From Patescibacteria group bacterium (GTDB lineage Bacteria; Patescibacteriota; Minisyncoccia; 2-02-FULL-40-12; IGHO2-01-FULL-4-A): DNA of 64,000 nt. The stretch lies in contig JBBTUB010000023.1 of assembly GCA_038064015.1 (NCBI GenBank), positions 369 to 64,368 of the forward strand. Reading direction: 5' to 3'. Numbering within the stretch: the first letter of the stretch is position 1; each line of letters begins with the position of its first letter. Below are positions 51,814 to 60,014 of the stretch, piece by piece. A model generated the notes under the pieces. It saw nothing but the letters and a program-made list of their open reading frames with translations. It was not told the origin of the DNA and made no database searches. The translations under genes were made by a program, and so were the position numbers.

Positions 51814-51828
51814 TAGCTTAAATTAGGC

Positions 51829-51860
51829 TTGACATGATGATGATGATGATGATGTAAAAT
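51829..51860 (+). promoter_or_regulatory. promoter of cassette 5: TTGACA-(ATG)7 spacer (20 nt)-TAAAAT
   Basis: Consensus -35 at 51829-34. The microsatellite (ATG)7 runs 51834-51854. The -10-like TAAAAT is at 51855-60, about 25 nt before the ATG. Confidence 0.5.
51834..51854. repeat. trinucleotide microsatellite (ATG)7
   Basis: Exact 7 units, read directly. On the other strand it creates a spurious His7-encoding ORF. Confidence 0.95.
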
Positions 51861-51884
51861 CATACTCGAAAGTGAGGTGGCCAC

Positions 51885-52112
51885 ATGGCTACATTGACCG
51901 ATTCTTCGAAGAGGAAACTCGATTCGCTCGAACGCGGAGAGGGATTCGTCAGCATCCGCATGGACCAGGGGACGCTGGCAAACCAACTCGCCGAGATGAG
52001 CGAGGCCGAACTGAGGGGTGTCCTGAGGAAGCTTCGGAACACGACCGACGGCTTCAAGGGGTTCCACGGCAAGCTCAACACCTCGCTCACCAAGCTCCTC
52101 GAGCACGAGTAA
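51885..52112 (+). CDS. GC-rich orphan cassette 5: 75-aa hypothetical protein
   Basis: GAGGTGG SD 4-5 nt before the ATG. MATLTDSSKRKLDSLERGEGFVSIRMDQGTLANQLAEMSEAELRGVLRKL may be HTH-like. A terminator follows. Confidence 0.5.
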   Translation: MATLTDSSKRKLDSLERGEGFVSIRMDQGTLANQLAEMSEAELRGVLRKLRNTTDGFKGFHGKLNTSLTKLLEHE

Positions 52113-52138
52113 CCTCTCCTCGTTCTCTTCCTCCCGCG

Positions 52139-52167
52139 CCGGACCCCCTGTGGTCCGGCTTTTTTTA
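52139..52167 (+). terminator. intrinsic terminator of cassette 5
   Basis: ccggaccccctgtggtccgg is followed by ctttttttat. Confidence 0.65.
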
Positions 52168-52220
52168 TTCCTACACGACATTCCAACATTCTTGAGAATG
52201 TGAGAATGTCGCTCGTATGG

Positions 52221-54806
52221 TTAATAATTTTTGAATGTTTCATGGTAGGCATCGGTGGCTGCTTTGATTGATAGGGTAACGGCGTGAGTGTCCTTTTGGA
52301 TTACGATCGTAGATGAAAGGGACACGGTGCCAATCTGCTTGGCATCCGGTAGCGCCTTTTCAAATGCTTTTTGATTTTCGGGCGAAATTGAAACAATTAT
52401 TCCTGACATTGATTCGTCATTCTTCATTCGTAATTCGACATTCATACCCAGCTGCCCCCCAATCGCGGATTTTGCCAGCGCCACATAAACTCCACCACGC
52501 CCGATACTGATTCCTGAATTGATGAGATTTTTCTGGACGGCTTTGAAGTAAGCTTTTAGGTTGTAGGTGTTAGCTTTTAGGAGATAGATTAAATCGCCGG
52601 GGGTTTTGAGATCTTCAGTCACCGTCTTCGTGACATCGGGAATCACACCAAGCGCAGAGATCAGTAGTGTAGGCAGGATCGAAATCTTGATCGGCTTGCC
52701 AGCGGCATCATAGCCTTTGAAGTCATTGAACATGCTGTCTTTGCCGGAAATAAACGGCGTACCGTAGGCGACCGCGGTATCGTACGCGCCGCGGCAGGCT
52801 TCTTTGAGTTGCCAGAGCCGCTCGGGATCGTTGGAACTGCACCAGCAAAAATTATCGAGCAAAGCGATATAGTCCGGATCGGCGCCGATCGCAACGGCAT
52901 CTTGGATTGCCTGTTCGATCACATACTTCGCCATTTCATAGGGGTTTTCTTCGGTCATCTCGGGCGCTAACGCATGACTCATGACAATGCCGCGTTTTGA
53001 TCCCAGCACGGGTGCCAGCACCGATGAGTTGCCATTAATCATCCCCTTCCCCTGGAGCGGACCAATGACTGCGGTACCTTGGACGGTGTGGTCGTACTGG
53101 CGAGAGACAAATTCGTAGCTTGTGATATTTGGACTCGCCAGTAGTTCTAAGAGTTTTTGATTTGATATTTTAGAATTTGAAATTTGTTTGTGATTTGGTG
53201 CTTGTGGCTTGGTGCTTTTTTGTATCTTCACCGGACGTCCGTCATGCAAAAACTTCATATCAAGATCCAGTACCGTCTTACCATGATACTTCACGACGCA
53301 TTTTTTTGATTTTGTAAATTTCCCGATCACCGTCGCCTCAACACCGCGACGAGCCATCAGGTCGCTAAATTTCTTCCATTTTGAGGGTGGCACAGCCAGC
53401 GTCATGCGCTCCTGTGACTCCGAGATCCAGATTTGCCATGGCTCCAGGCCCGGATATTTGAGCGGAACTTTATCGAGCTCGACTTCACAGCCGCCTGATT
53501 CTTTTGCCATTTCTCCGACGGAGCATGACAAACCTCCTGCGCCGTTGTCTGTAATACTGTGATAGAGGCCAAGGTCGCGTACTTCTCTAATAAGGACGTC
53601 ACTGAATTTTTTTTGAGTAATCGGATCACCGATCTGGACAGCAGAGGCGGGACTAAGCGGATTTAAGGATTCTGATGAAAATGTCGCTCCATGAATGCCA
53701 TCAGCACCCACGCGTCCACCCAACATGACAATGTAATCGCCGGGCAAAGCTTTTTTGATATGCGATTGTTTGCCGTGAACTTTTCTAGGGATCAGGCCCA
53801 CCGTCCCCGCAAATACCAAGGGCTTCCCTCGGTAGCGATCATCGAAATACAAGAATCCTTGCGGCGTCGGAATGCCCGATTGATTACCACCGGCATTGAT
53901 GCCCTCGATGACGCCGTCCATAATTTGACGCGTAGAAAGCATCGGTTGGGTGAGCCTCACATCACGATATAGTTTTTGAATATTATTCAATGGAGCCAGA
54001 CAAAATCCATACACATTTGCGATCGGCTTCGCCCCAAGTCCAAATCCGAGAGTATCGCGATTGACTGCGACAATTCCGGTAATCGCTCCTCCGAACGGAT
54101 CAATTGCCGAAGGCGCATTATGCGTCTCGACTTTGTGAGTGATGAGATAGTTATCGTCAAATGCAATCGCCCCTGAATTATCACTAAAAACTGAAACGCA
54201 GAATTTTTTGTTTATTTTCTTCGTCGCGGCTTTTATATAGTGCCGGTACAGCCCATCTTTGATCTCATCGAGCGGATCGGCAAAAATCGTATGCTTGCAA
54301 TGCTCTGACCAAGTCTGCGCCAACGCTTCAAGCTCGACATCAGTCACCACGTTTCGGTAATCTCTGATCGCTCGCATCGAAGCAAGGTCAAGCGCAAGCG
54401 TGCGCTCTTGGCTTATTTGCATCAGCTCTTCGTCGCTGACATTGAGATCGATTTTTTGGGCCTGGTGCGGTGGTGGGAGCACGACTCGAGGAACAGGCAA
54501 AAATTTATTTCTCGACGCACGCTGGATTAAGGGATTAAAAGCAGGCGGGTTTTTGAAATAAATACTCGAGGAATACGTGCGGTGGCCGAGCATTTCGGTT
54601 GCCGTATTGCCGACGTTATCAGTCACCCCCGGCAAAAACCCAATCTCAATAAACGGCGGCTTTGCCGTGATCACTTCCTCAATGAGCGGGTTAAGCAAAA
54701 GCGCTGTACAGCGCTTGATTTCTTTCGCAGAGAGACGGGCATCGATCGTATACACCGAGGCCTTTGAGTTGTCGAGTCTTGAGATAATCGTGATCCAGAC
54801 TGCCAT
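52221..54806 (-). CDS. purL: FGAM synthase subunit PurL (small-PurL type) with a ~110-aa N-terminal extension that may be PurS-like
   Basis: WSEHCKHTIF is the PurL linker motif. Tandem AIRS-like domains (DNGAGG..., GKDSMFND...) follow. The extension has an LPGVTDNVGNTATEMLG segment loosely like the PurS V.DPQG.A....L..LG motif. Confidence 0.9.
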   Translation of the reverse strand: MAVWITIISRLDNSKASVYTIDARLSAKEIKRCTALLLNPLIEEVITAKPPFIEIGFLPGVTDNVGNTATEMLGHRTYSSSIYFKNPPAFNPLIQRASRNKFLPVPRVVLPPPHQAQKIDLNVSDEELMQISQERTLALDLASMRAIRDYRNVVTDVELEALAQTWSEHCKHTIFADPLDEIKDGLYRHYIKAATKKINKKFCVSVFSDNSGAIAFDDNYLITHKVETHNAPSAIDPFGGAITGIVAVNRDTLGFGLGAKPIANVYGFCLAPLNNIQKLYRDVRLTQPMLSTRQIMDGVIEGINAGGNQSGIPTPQGFLYFDDRYRGKPLVFAGTVGLIPRKVHGKQSHIKKALPGDYIVMLGGRVGADGIHGATFSSESLNPLSPASAVQIGDPITQKKFSDVLIREVRDLGLYHSITDNGAGGLSCSVGEMAKESGGCEVELDKVPLKYPGLEPWQIWISESQERMTLAVPPSKWKKFSDLMARRGVEATVIGKFTKSKKCVVKYHGKTVLDLDMKFLHDGRPVKIQKSTKPQAPNHKQISNSKISNQKLLELLASPNITSYEFVSRQYDHTVQGTAVIGPLQGKGMINGNSSVLAPVLGSKRGIVMSHALAPEMTEENPYEMAKYVIEQAIQDAVAIGADPDYIALLDNFCWCSSNDPERLWQLKEACRGAYDTAVAYGTPFISGKDSMFNDFKGYDAAGKPIKISILPTLLISALGVIPDVTKTVTEDLKTPGDLIYLLKANTYNLKAYFKAVQKNLINSGISIGRGGVYVALAKSAIGGQLGMNVELRMKNDESMSGIIVSISPENQKAFEKALPDAKQIGTVSLSSTIVIQKDTHAVTLSIKAATDAYHETFKNY

Positions 54807-54809
54807 ATG

Positions 54810-55874
54810 CTAGTGTAGCAGAGGCGGAATCTTTGAGTCAATCAGGAAGATAATAATGCCGATGATCGCCCCAATGGCGGAGACCATCCAAAAACGCATG
54901 GTGACTTTGGTCTCATGCCAGCCTTTTGCCTCAAAATGATGATGAATGGGCGTGGAGAGAAATATTTTTTTGCCACGGAATTTTTTGGAAATCATTTGCA
55001 CAATTACCGAGAGCGATTCAAAGACAAAAATGCAGCCAATAGGAATCAGCAACAGCGGAGTATTCGTCAACATCGCGATCACCCCCAGCACCACACCCAG
55101 CGACATAGATCCCGTGTCCCCCATGAAAAACCGTGCCGGAAAAATATTGAACCACAAAAACGCCACGAGCGATCCCATGATCGCGCCGATAAACGCGACG
55201 AGATCAAGCCGCCCCTGGTCAAAGGCGATGACACCGTAGGCGCCGAGGCTCGTCAAAAAAATCCCCGCGGCCAGGCCATCGAGGCCGTCAGTTTCGTTGG
55301 CCGAAAACGCCGTCGAGACAATCACCACAATAAAAAACAATAGATACCAGCCTCCAATTACCACATCGCCAAGAAATGGGACATTGATCGAGTTAAATTC
55401 CAGCTTGTAATAAAACCACCACGCACCAATCGTCGCGATGATGAGATACAGTAAAATACGAAGCTTCATCTGGAGTCCACCGCCGTTGGGACCTTTTTTG
55501 AAAACGCCAAAAAGATCATCGAAGCCTCCTAGAACTCCGGCAAATACCATGACCGCCAAGGGTAACCAGGTTTGGGGTCGCGAGAAAAAATTTACCCGAT
55601 CCCAAAAGGTTGAGAATAGCGTCAAGAATGCCACGGTCCCCCACACGAGCACGCCTCCCATCGTGGGAGTTCCCTCCTTGGCTTTGTGAAGCTCATGAAA
55701 CACCGGCGCCGAATCCGATGAGCGAAGCTGCTTGCCCAAGCGATATTTAAAAAGGATCCGTGTCCAGAGCGGCGTGAGCGCCAGGGTAAGAAAAAACGAA
55801 ATCGCCACGACCGCGAAAATTCGGACGACGTTGAATACATTAAAAATCTCTGCGACGTCTACGGTTGTTCCCAT
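54810..55874 (-). CDS. mraY: phospho-N-acetylmuramoyl-pentapeptide transferase
   Basis: Ten TM segments with the DDLFG, NETDGLDGLA and HHHFE motifs. Confidence 0.93.
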   Translation of the reverse strand: MGTTVDVAEIFNVFNVVRIFAVVAISFFLTLALTPLWTRILFKYRLGKQLRSSDSAPVFHELHKAKEGTPTMGGVLVWGTVAFLTLFSTFWDRVNFFSRPQTWLPLAVMVFAGVLGGFDDLFGVFKKGPNGGGLQMKLRILLYLIIATIGAWWFYYKLEFNSINVPFLGDVVIGGWYLLFFIVVIVSTAFSANETDGLDGLAAGIFLTSLGAYGVIAFDQGRLDLVAFIGAIMGSLVAFLWFNIFPARFFMGDTGSMSLGVVLGVIAMLTNTPLLLIPIGCIFVFESLSVIVQMISKKFRGKKIFLSTPIHHHFEAKGWHETKVTMRFWMVSAIGAIIGIIIFLIDSKIPPLLH

Positions 55875-56788
55875 GAATGTGCTTTTTTACCCCACGCGAT
55901 TAAGTTCGCCATCTCGACAAATCGTTGATCCGACCCCAGCACGACGGCAAGAAGCGTATCTTCACGATCCCCGACACGCACCGCCAACGTGAGCGTGCCC
56001 TTAGCTCCCGTGGTATTACCAGTCTTCCCGAGAATAATACCGCTCAGCGTCGAAAGCAACTGGTCAGTATTGATCGCACGATAGCCTTTCCCTGCCTCAG
56101 ACGTGATCGAGATTTCTTTGGATCGCAAGGCTTCGCCAATGAGCGGATAGGCCTCCGCGGCTCGCAGCATCGTGATCACATCGGTCGCGGTGGAGTACGT
56201 GTCGGCATCGCTCAATCCCGCCGGATCATCGAAGTGAGTATTGGCCATGCCAAGCGCCTTTGCTTTTTCATTCATGAGCCCGACAAAATTAAGTCCCTGG
56301 CGATACGCGGTCGTCGCGAAGACCGACACGGCATCGTTGGAGGATTTGACGAGCATGATTTTAAAAAGATCGGCCCCCAGAAACTTCTCGCCTCGCGCAA
56401 AATCCGCTCCCATGCCATCAAGATTACGGTCCTCGGCGGAAACTTCATACATCGCGCCAAGATCAAGATGATCAAGAATCACCATGGCGCTCATAAGCTT
56501 GGTGATAGACGCAATCGGAAGACGAGCCTCGGCGTTTTTGGCATAGAGCACGCGATTGCTTTTGGCATCGATAAGCAGTACCGCGCGCGCTTTCATATCC
56601 GGCTCGGCAATATTGAAATCGCGAACCGGCGAATAGGATGCCTGGGAAACGGGGAGGATAAAAGCCTGGACGTTTTCGATAATGGCAGGGGGGAGCGGCT
56701 CGCCCGGCTGCCCGGCAGGGTGCCATAGCAAAAAACCTCCGATTCCCAGTACCATGCCGATCAATAACGTAAACGCGGTTTTTTTCAT
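55859..56788 (-). CDS. D-alanyl-D-alanine carboxypeptidase (peptidase S11, PBP5-like)
   Basis: A signal peptide is followed by SITKLM (SxxK), SSND (SxN) and KTGNT (KTG). Confidence 0.8.
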   Translation of the reverse strand: MKKTAFTLLIGMVLGIGGFLLWHPAGQPGEPLPPAIIENVQAFILPVSQASYSPVRDFNIAEPDMKARAVLLIDAKSNRVLYAKNAEARLPIASITKLMSAMVILDHLDLGAMYEVSAEDRNLDGMGADFARGEKFLGADLFKIMLVKSSNDAVSVFATTAYRQGLNFVGLMNEKAKALGMANTHFDDPAGLSDADTYSTATDVITMLRAAEAYPLIGEALRSKEISITSEAGKGYRAINTDQLLSTLSGIILGKTGNTTGAKGTLTLAVRVGDREDTLLAVVLGSDQRFVEMANLIAWGKKAHSWEQP

Positions 56789-56961
56789 AGACTCTGAATT
56801 CCTCCGATAATGCTCACGATAATCAAAAACGTAAATATGCCGATGCCGACATAGTACATCAGAATCGCGAACTTCGTCGCCATCGGGTTGTGCATGTTCG
56901 AGTCACGAATGACAATCCCCACTCCATAAAAAATTATCGCGATAATTCCCAGCCAGATCAT
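56785..56961 (-). CDS. 58-aa two-TM micro-protein, translationally coupled between aspS and dacA
   Basis: The product is MIWLGIIAIIFYGVGIVIRDSNMHNPMATKFAILMYYVGIGIFTFLIIVSIIGGIQSL. Its ATG overlaps the aspS TGA (ATGA), and its TGA overlaps the dacA ATG (ATGA). Confidence 0.45.
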   Translation of the reverse strand: MIWLGIIAIIFYGVGIVIRDSNMHNPMATKFAILMYYVGIGIFTFLIIVSIIGGIQSL

Positions 56962-58340
56962 TTTTTGATTTGCAAATGCAATTCTTTTAATTGTTTCTCC
57001 TCAAGTTCCGACGGCGAATGCATCATGAGGTCACGAGCATCGCCGGTTTTCGGAAATGGGATGATCTCGCGGATATTCGGCTCCCCCGCCAAGAGCATAA
57101 TAAATCGATCAAAACCCCAGGCGATCCCTCCGTGCGGCGGCGCGCCATACGAAAAAGCCTCAAACATGTGCTTAAAATCGCTTTGGATCTTCTCCTCGCT
57201 CAATCCGATGATATCAAGCACCGCTCGAAGCGCCTCCGGCTTGTGGTTGCGAATACTCCCGCCGCCGATTTCGTTGCCATTCAACACAATATCATATTGG
57301 GAAGTAAGAATATGCTCGATGTTTTTGGCACCCATAAGATCCTCCTTGTGTTCCGGCTTCGGAGCAGAAAAAGGATTGTGGGTGAATGTCCATCCGCCTG
57401 TTTCTGTTTTCTCGAAAAACGGGAAATCAACCACCCAGCAAAACGCCAAGAGATTCGGATCGTTTTTGTCTTCACGAACATCCGGCCGGTCGGTTTGGTA
57501 TGTTTCCATCGCCTCTTGATACCTCAAGCGTGGAAATGGAATCTGCTGAATTTTTTTTTCGGGAGTAAGTTTTTGGACAATTTCAATCAGCAACGCTTCG
57601 GTCAACGCCATGACATCTTCGCGCTCGACAAACGACATCTCAAGGTCAAGCTGGGTAAATTCAGGCTGTCGATCCCCTCGTGTGTCTTCATCGCGAAAAC
57701 AGCGTGCGATCTGGAAATATTTTTCCACACCCGCAACCATGAGGAGTTGCTTATACTGCTGGGGAGACTGTGGCAAGCCGTAGAATTTCCCGGAATAAAG
57801 CCGAGATGGCACGACATACGTCCGGGCGCCGGTATCGACGGTTGCCTTGGTCAGGATTGGCGTCTCGATCTCATAAAAACCCTGGCCATCCAAATAATCC
57901 CGAATAAGCTTGGTCACGTGGTGGCGAAGTTTGAGATTCTTTTGCATACGCTCCCGGCGTAAGTCCAAGTAGCGATACTGCATCCGAATTTCTTCATCGA
58001 TTTCTTTCCCATCAGTATCGAGCGGGAAGGGCGCAGTCTGCGCGCTGGAAAGCACCTCAAGCGTCTCAGGCTGGAGCTCCACCTTGCCGGTCGGAATCTC
58101 GGGGTTGATCATTTTCTCCGGGCGGGCGGCAACCGTGCCGGTAATTTTGACGACATACTCGGACCGAAGCTGATTTGCCTGCTCATAGAGCGCGCCCGTA
58201 AAGACAACCTGAACCACGCCGGATCGGTCGCGCAGGTCGATAAAAATCAGCTTGCCGTGATCTCGCCTGGTATGCACCCACCCAAAAACCTCCACCTGCT
58301 CTCCGACCTTGTCTTTGGTATCTAAAATATGCGTCCGCAT
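56958..58340 (-). CDS. aspS: aspartyl-tRNA synthetase, bacterial-type catalytic core with no GAD insertion
   Basis: An N-terminal OB anticodon domain (VEVFGWVHTRRDHGKLIFIDLRD) is followed by motif 2 FRDEDTRGDRQPEFTQLDLEMSF and motif 3 GGIAWGFDRFIMLL. At 460 aa, ...DRPDVREDKNDPNLLAFCWVVDFPFFE runs straight through where the GAD domain would be. Confidence 0.9.
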   Translation of the reverse strand: MRTHILDTKDKVGEQVEVFGWVHTRRDHGKLIFIDLRDRSGVVQVVFTGALYEQANQLRSEYVVKITGTVAARPEKMINPEIPTGKVELQPETLEVLSSAQTAPFPLDTDGKEIDEEIRMQYRYLDLRRERMQKNLKLRHHVTKLIRDYLDGQGFYEIETPILTKATVDTGARTYVVPSRLYSGKFYGLPQSPQQYKQLLMVAGVEKYFQIARCFRDEDTRGDRQPEFTQLDLEMSFVEREDVMALTEALLIEIVQKLTPEKKIQQIPFPRLRYQEAMETYQTDRPDVREDKNDPNLLAFCWVVDFPFFEKTETGGWTFTHNPFSAPKPEHKEDLMGAKNIEHILTSQYDIVLNGNEIGGGSIRNHKPEALRAVLDIIGLSEEKIQSDFKHMFEAFSYGAPPHGGIAWGFDRFIMLLAGEPNIREIIPFPKTGDARDLMMHSPSELEEKQLKELHLQIKK

Positions 58341-58395
58341 ATGAGTATCCTACTATGAAATGGGAAAATAACAAAGCCCCTCGGAATCATATCAC

Positions 58396-58425
58396 TTGAC
58401 TCATTGATATAATATATGCTATACT
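58396..58425 (+). promoter_or_regulatory. sigma70-like promoter of cassette 6 (TTGACT-18 nt-TATACT)
   Basis: It reads ttgactcattgatataatatatgctatact. The spacer carries ATATAA at the same offset as the cassette 2 promoter. Confidence 0.5.
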
Positions 58426-58473
58426 ATTATCACGCTGGTAACAGGGCCAGCAAGATCAAGGAGTGGTATCATT

Positions 58474-58914
58474 ATGAGTCAGTTGGAAGTCGTTTGCATC
58501 GGCGTCATCATCGGCATCGTTTTCCTGATCGTCGGCTGGTACGCCGGCAAGAAGTCAGGGAAGAATGTGGGATTCGACTGGGGGGTTGGGCAGTTCAAGA
58601 AGCGCCTCCTCCCTGGAGACAAGCTGGTCGCCATCGGGGGGCCCTTCGACTTCGTCCGCATACTGCAGGATCGGGGACTCTTCAACAACTACCAGCCGGT
58701 GACCCATGTCATGGCCGCGATCATCCGCAAAGAAGCTGGCGGCGAGGTCCTCCTCAGGACCGAACTCGCCGAAGAGAACTTCGCGGACGGGGCGACCCTA
58801 CACAACGTTACCCACGGCGACAACATGTACGTCAACACCGGAGGCAAGGTCGAGAGAGGCGACATGCCCGACGTGATCCTACGCGTTGTCAACAGCAATC
58901 GCAGGGTCGTCTGA
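58474..58914 (+). CDS. GC-rich orphan cassette 6: 146-aa N-terminally membrane-anchored hypothetical protein
   Basis: AAGGAG sits 10 nt before the ATG. The TM helix LEVVCIGVIIGIVFLIVGWYAG precedes a soluble domain. A terminator follows. Confidence 0.55.
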   Translation: MSQLEVVCIGVIIGIVFLIVGWYAGKKSGKNVGFDWGVGQFKKRLLPGDKLVAIGGPFDFVRILQDRGLFNNYQPVTHVMAAIIRKEAGGEVLLRTELAEENFADGATLHNVTHGDNMYVNTGGKVERGDMPDVILRVVNSNRRVV

Positions 58915-58960
58915 CCGACGACTAACCCAGTTCCGACGTCCGTCTCGTCAACGGCAATCC

Positions 58961-59001
58961 CCCGGAGCTCGACCTAGTCGGCTCCGGGGTGTTCTAATTT
59001 T
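58961..59001 (+). terminator. intrinsic terminator of cassette 6
   Basis: cccggagc-tcgacctagtcg-gctccggg is followed by gtgttctaatttt. Confidence 0.55.
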
Positions 59002-59008
59002 ACTCACT

Positions 59009-60004
59009 TCATGTCTGTAATTCAGAGAACCAATAATTGACATCGTTGGTTATTTCCCGCATCGCAAACGCAATCCCCTCTTGGTCTTTTTCTTGATAGG
59101 TATGCGCAAGTTTACCAATTCCCACATAGATTCTCCAAAGATTGAAATTGAAATCAAAATTTCTAGAAAAAATCTCTCGGTCGGTGTATCCGGCCATGAG
59201 GTCATTCACCTCATAGCTATCTTTATGAGAGAAGTGCCAGCGCGCAAAATCAAGTATCGGATCCCCTCCCTCTGCCATTTCAAAATCTAGGATGCCGACT
59301 ACTTTTTGATCTTCGACTAAAATATGCTTCGGCTCAAAATCATTATGTACCAGGTGTGGTTTAATACTCGGATATGACACAGCCCCCCGCTCCATGATTT
59401 CAAAAGCTCGCAAAAGTACCGCCTCATCAAATCCGGTGGCCTTTGCGATTTCAAGCATTTTTGCTTTCCCGATATACAGGTCGGTGAAAACTTCTTGAAC
59501 TGACGAATACCTGCCTTTGCCATATTCATCAAATAACCCAAAGCCCTCCACCGGTATTGAGTGTATTCTTGCAAGAATTCCACCAGCTTGAGTCAATAAA
59601 GATCTTTTCTCTTCATTGGTCAACGTACCTACCTCATCAAAGGGAGTCCCGGGCAGCTCAGACTCTATCGATGCATTATAGGCAACGCCTCCAATATGCA
59701 TCGTGTCAATTAGTAAAACTTTTGGGACAGAAATACCTGCTTGTAAACATTGCTCAAGAACCCACTGCTCTTCTCGTAATCTACTGTACCCTGTGTCACG
59801 AGAAATCCGTACGACGAACTTTTCTCCTGATGTAACCGTGACAGTATACACTTCATTACTCTTCCCTTTGACCATTCTTTCCATTTTCTGTATGGGAGAA
59901 GATGCGATTCTTTGAACGAGTGCTTCAATGGCTTGAACCGGAGCAGTCTCGGTTTCTGCTCTGCGTCGAGCAGGAGCGCCCAGATATATTGGATTTCTAT
60001 CCAT
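59009..60004 (-). CDS. APH/choline-kinase-family phosphotransferase (protein-kinase-like)
   Basis: HNDFEPKHILV is the catalytic loop and ILDFEMAEGGDPILDF is the DFG-equivalent region, of Pfam APH type. Confidence 0.7.
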   Translation of the reverse strand: MDRNPIYLGAPARRRAETETAPVQAIEALVQRIASSPIQKMERMVKGKSNEVYTVTVTSGEKFVVRISRDTGYSRLREEQWVLEQCLQAGISVPKVLLIDTMHIGGVAYNASIESELPGTPFDEVGTLTNEEKRSLLTQAGGILARIHSIPVEGFGLFDEYGKGRYSSVQEVFTDLYIGKAKMLEIAKATGFDEAVLLRAFEIMERGAVSYPSIKPHLVHNDFEPKHILVEDQKVVGILDFEMAEGGDPILDFARWHFSHKDSYEVNDLMAGYTDREIFSRNFDFNFNLWRIYVGIGKLAHTYQEKDQEGIAFAMREITNDVNYWFSELQT

Positions 60005-60014
60005 GAGATAACGA

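Noticed and set aside
51813-52181. 122-aa minus-strand ORF containing a His7 run.
   Set aside because: It is antisense to cassette 5 and has no SD or promoter. The His7 is just the reverse reading of the (ATG)7 promoter microsatellite, so it is a frame artefact of GC-rich DNA.
58416-58925. 169-aa Arg-rich + strand ORF overlapping cassette 6 in another frame.
   Set aside because: It is a typical spurious alternative frame in GC-rich sequence, with an R/P/G-rich low-complexity product. The SD-preceded frame starting at 58474 is the coherent one.
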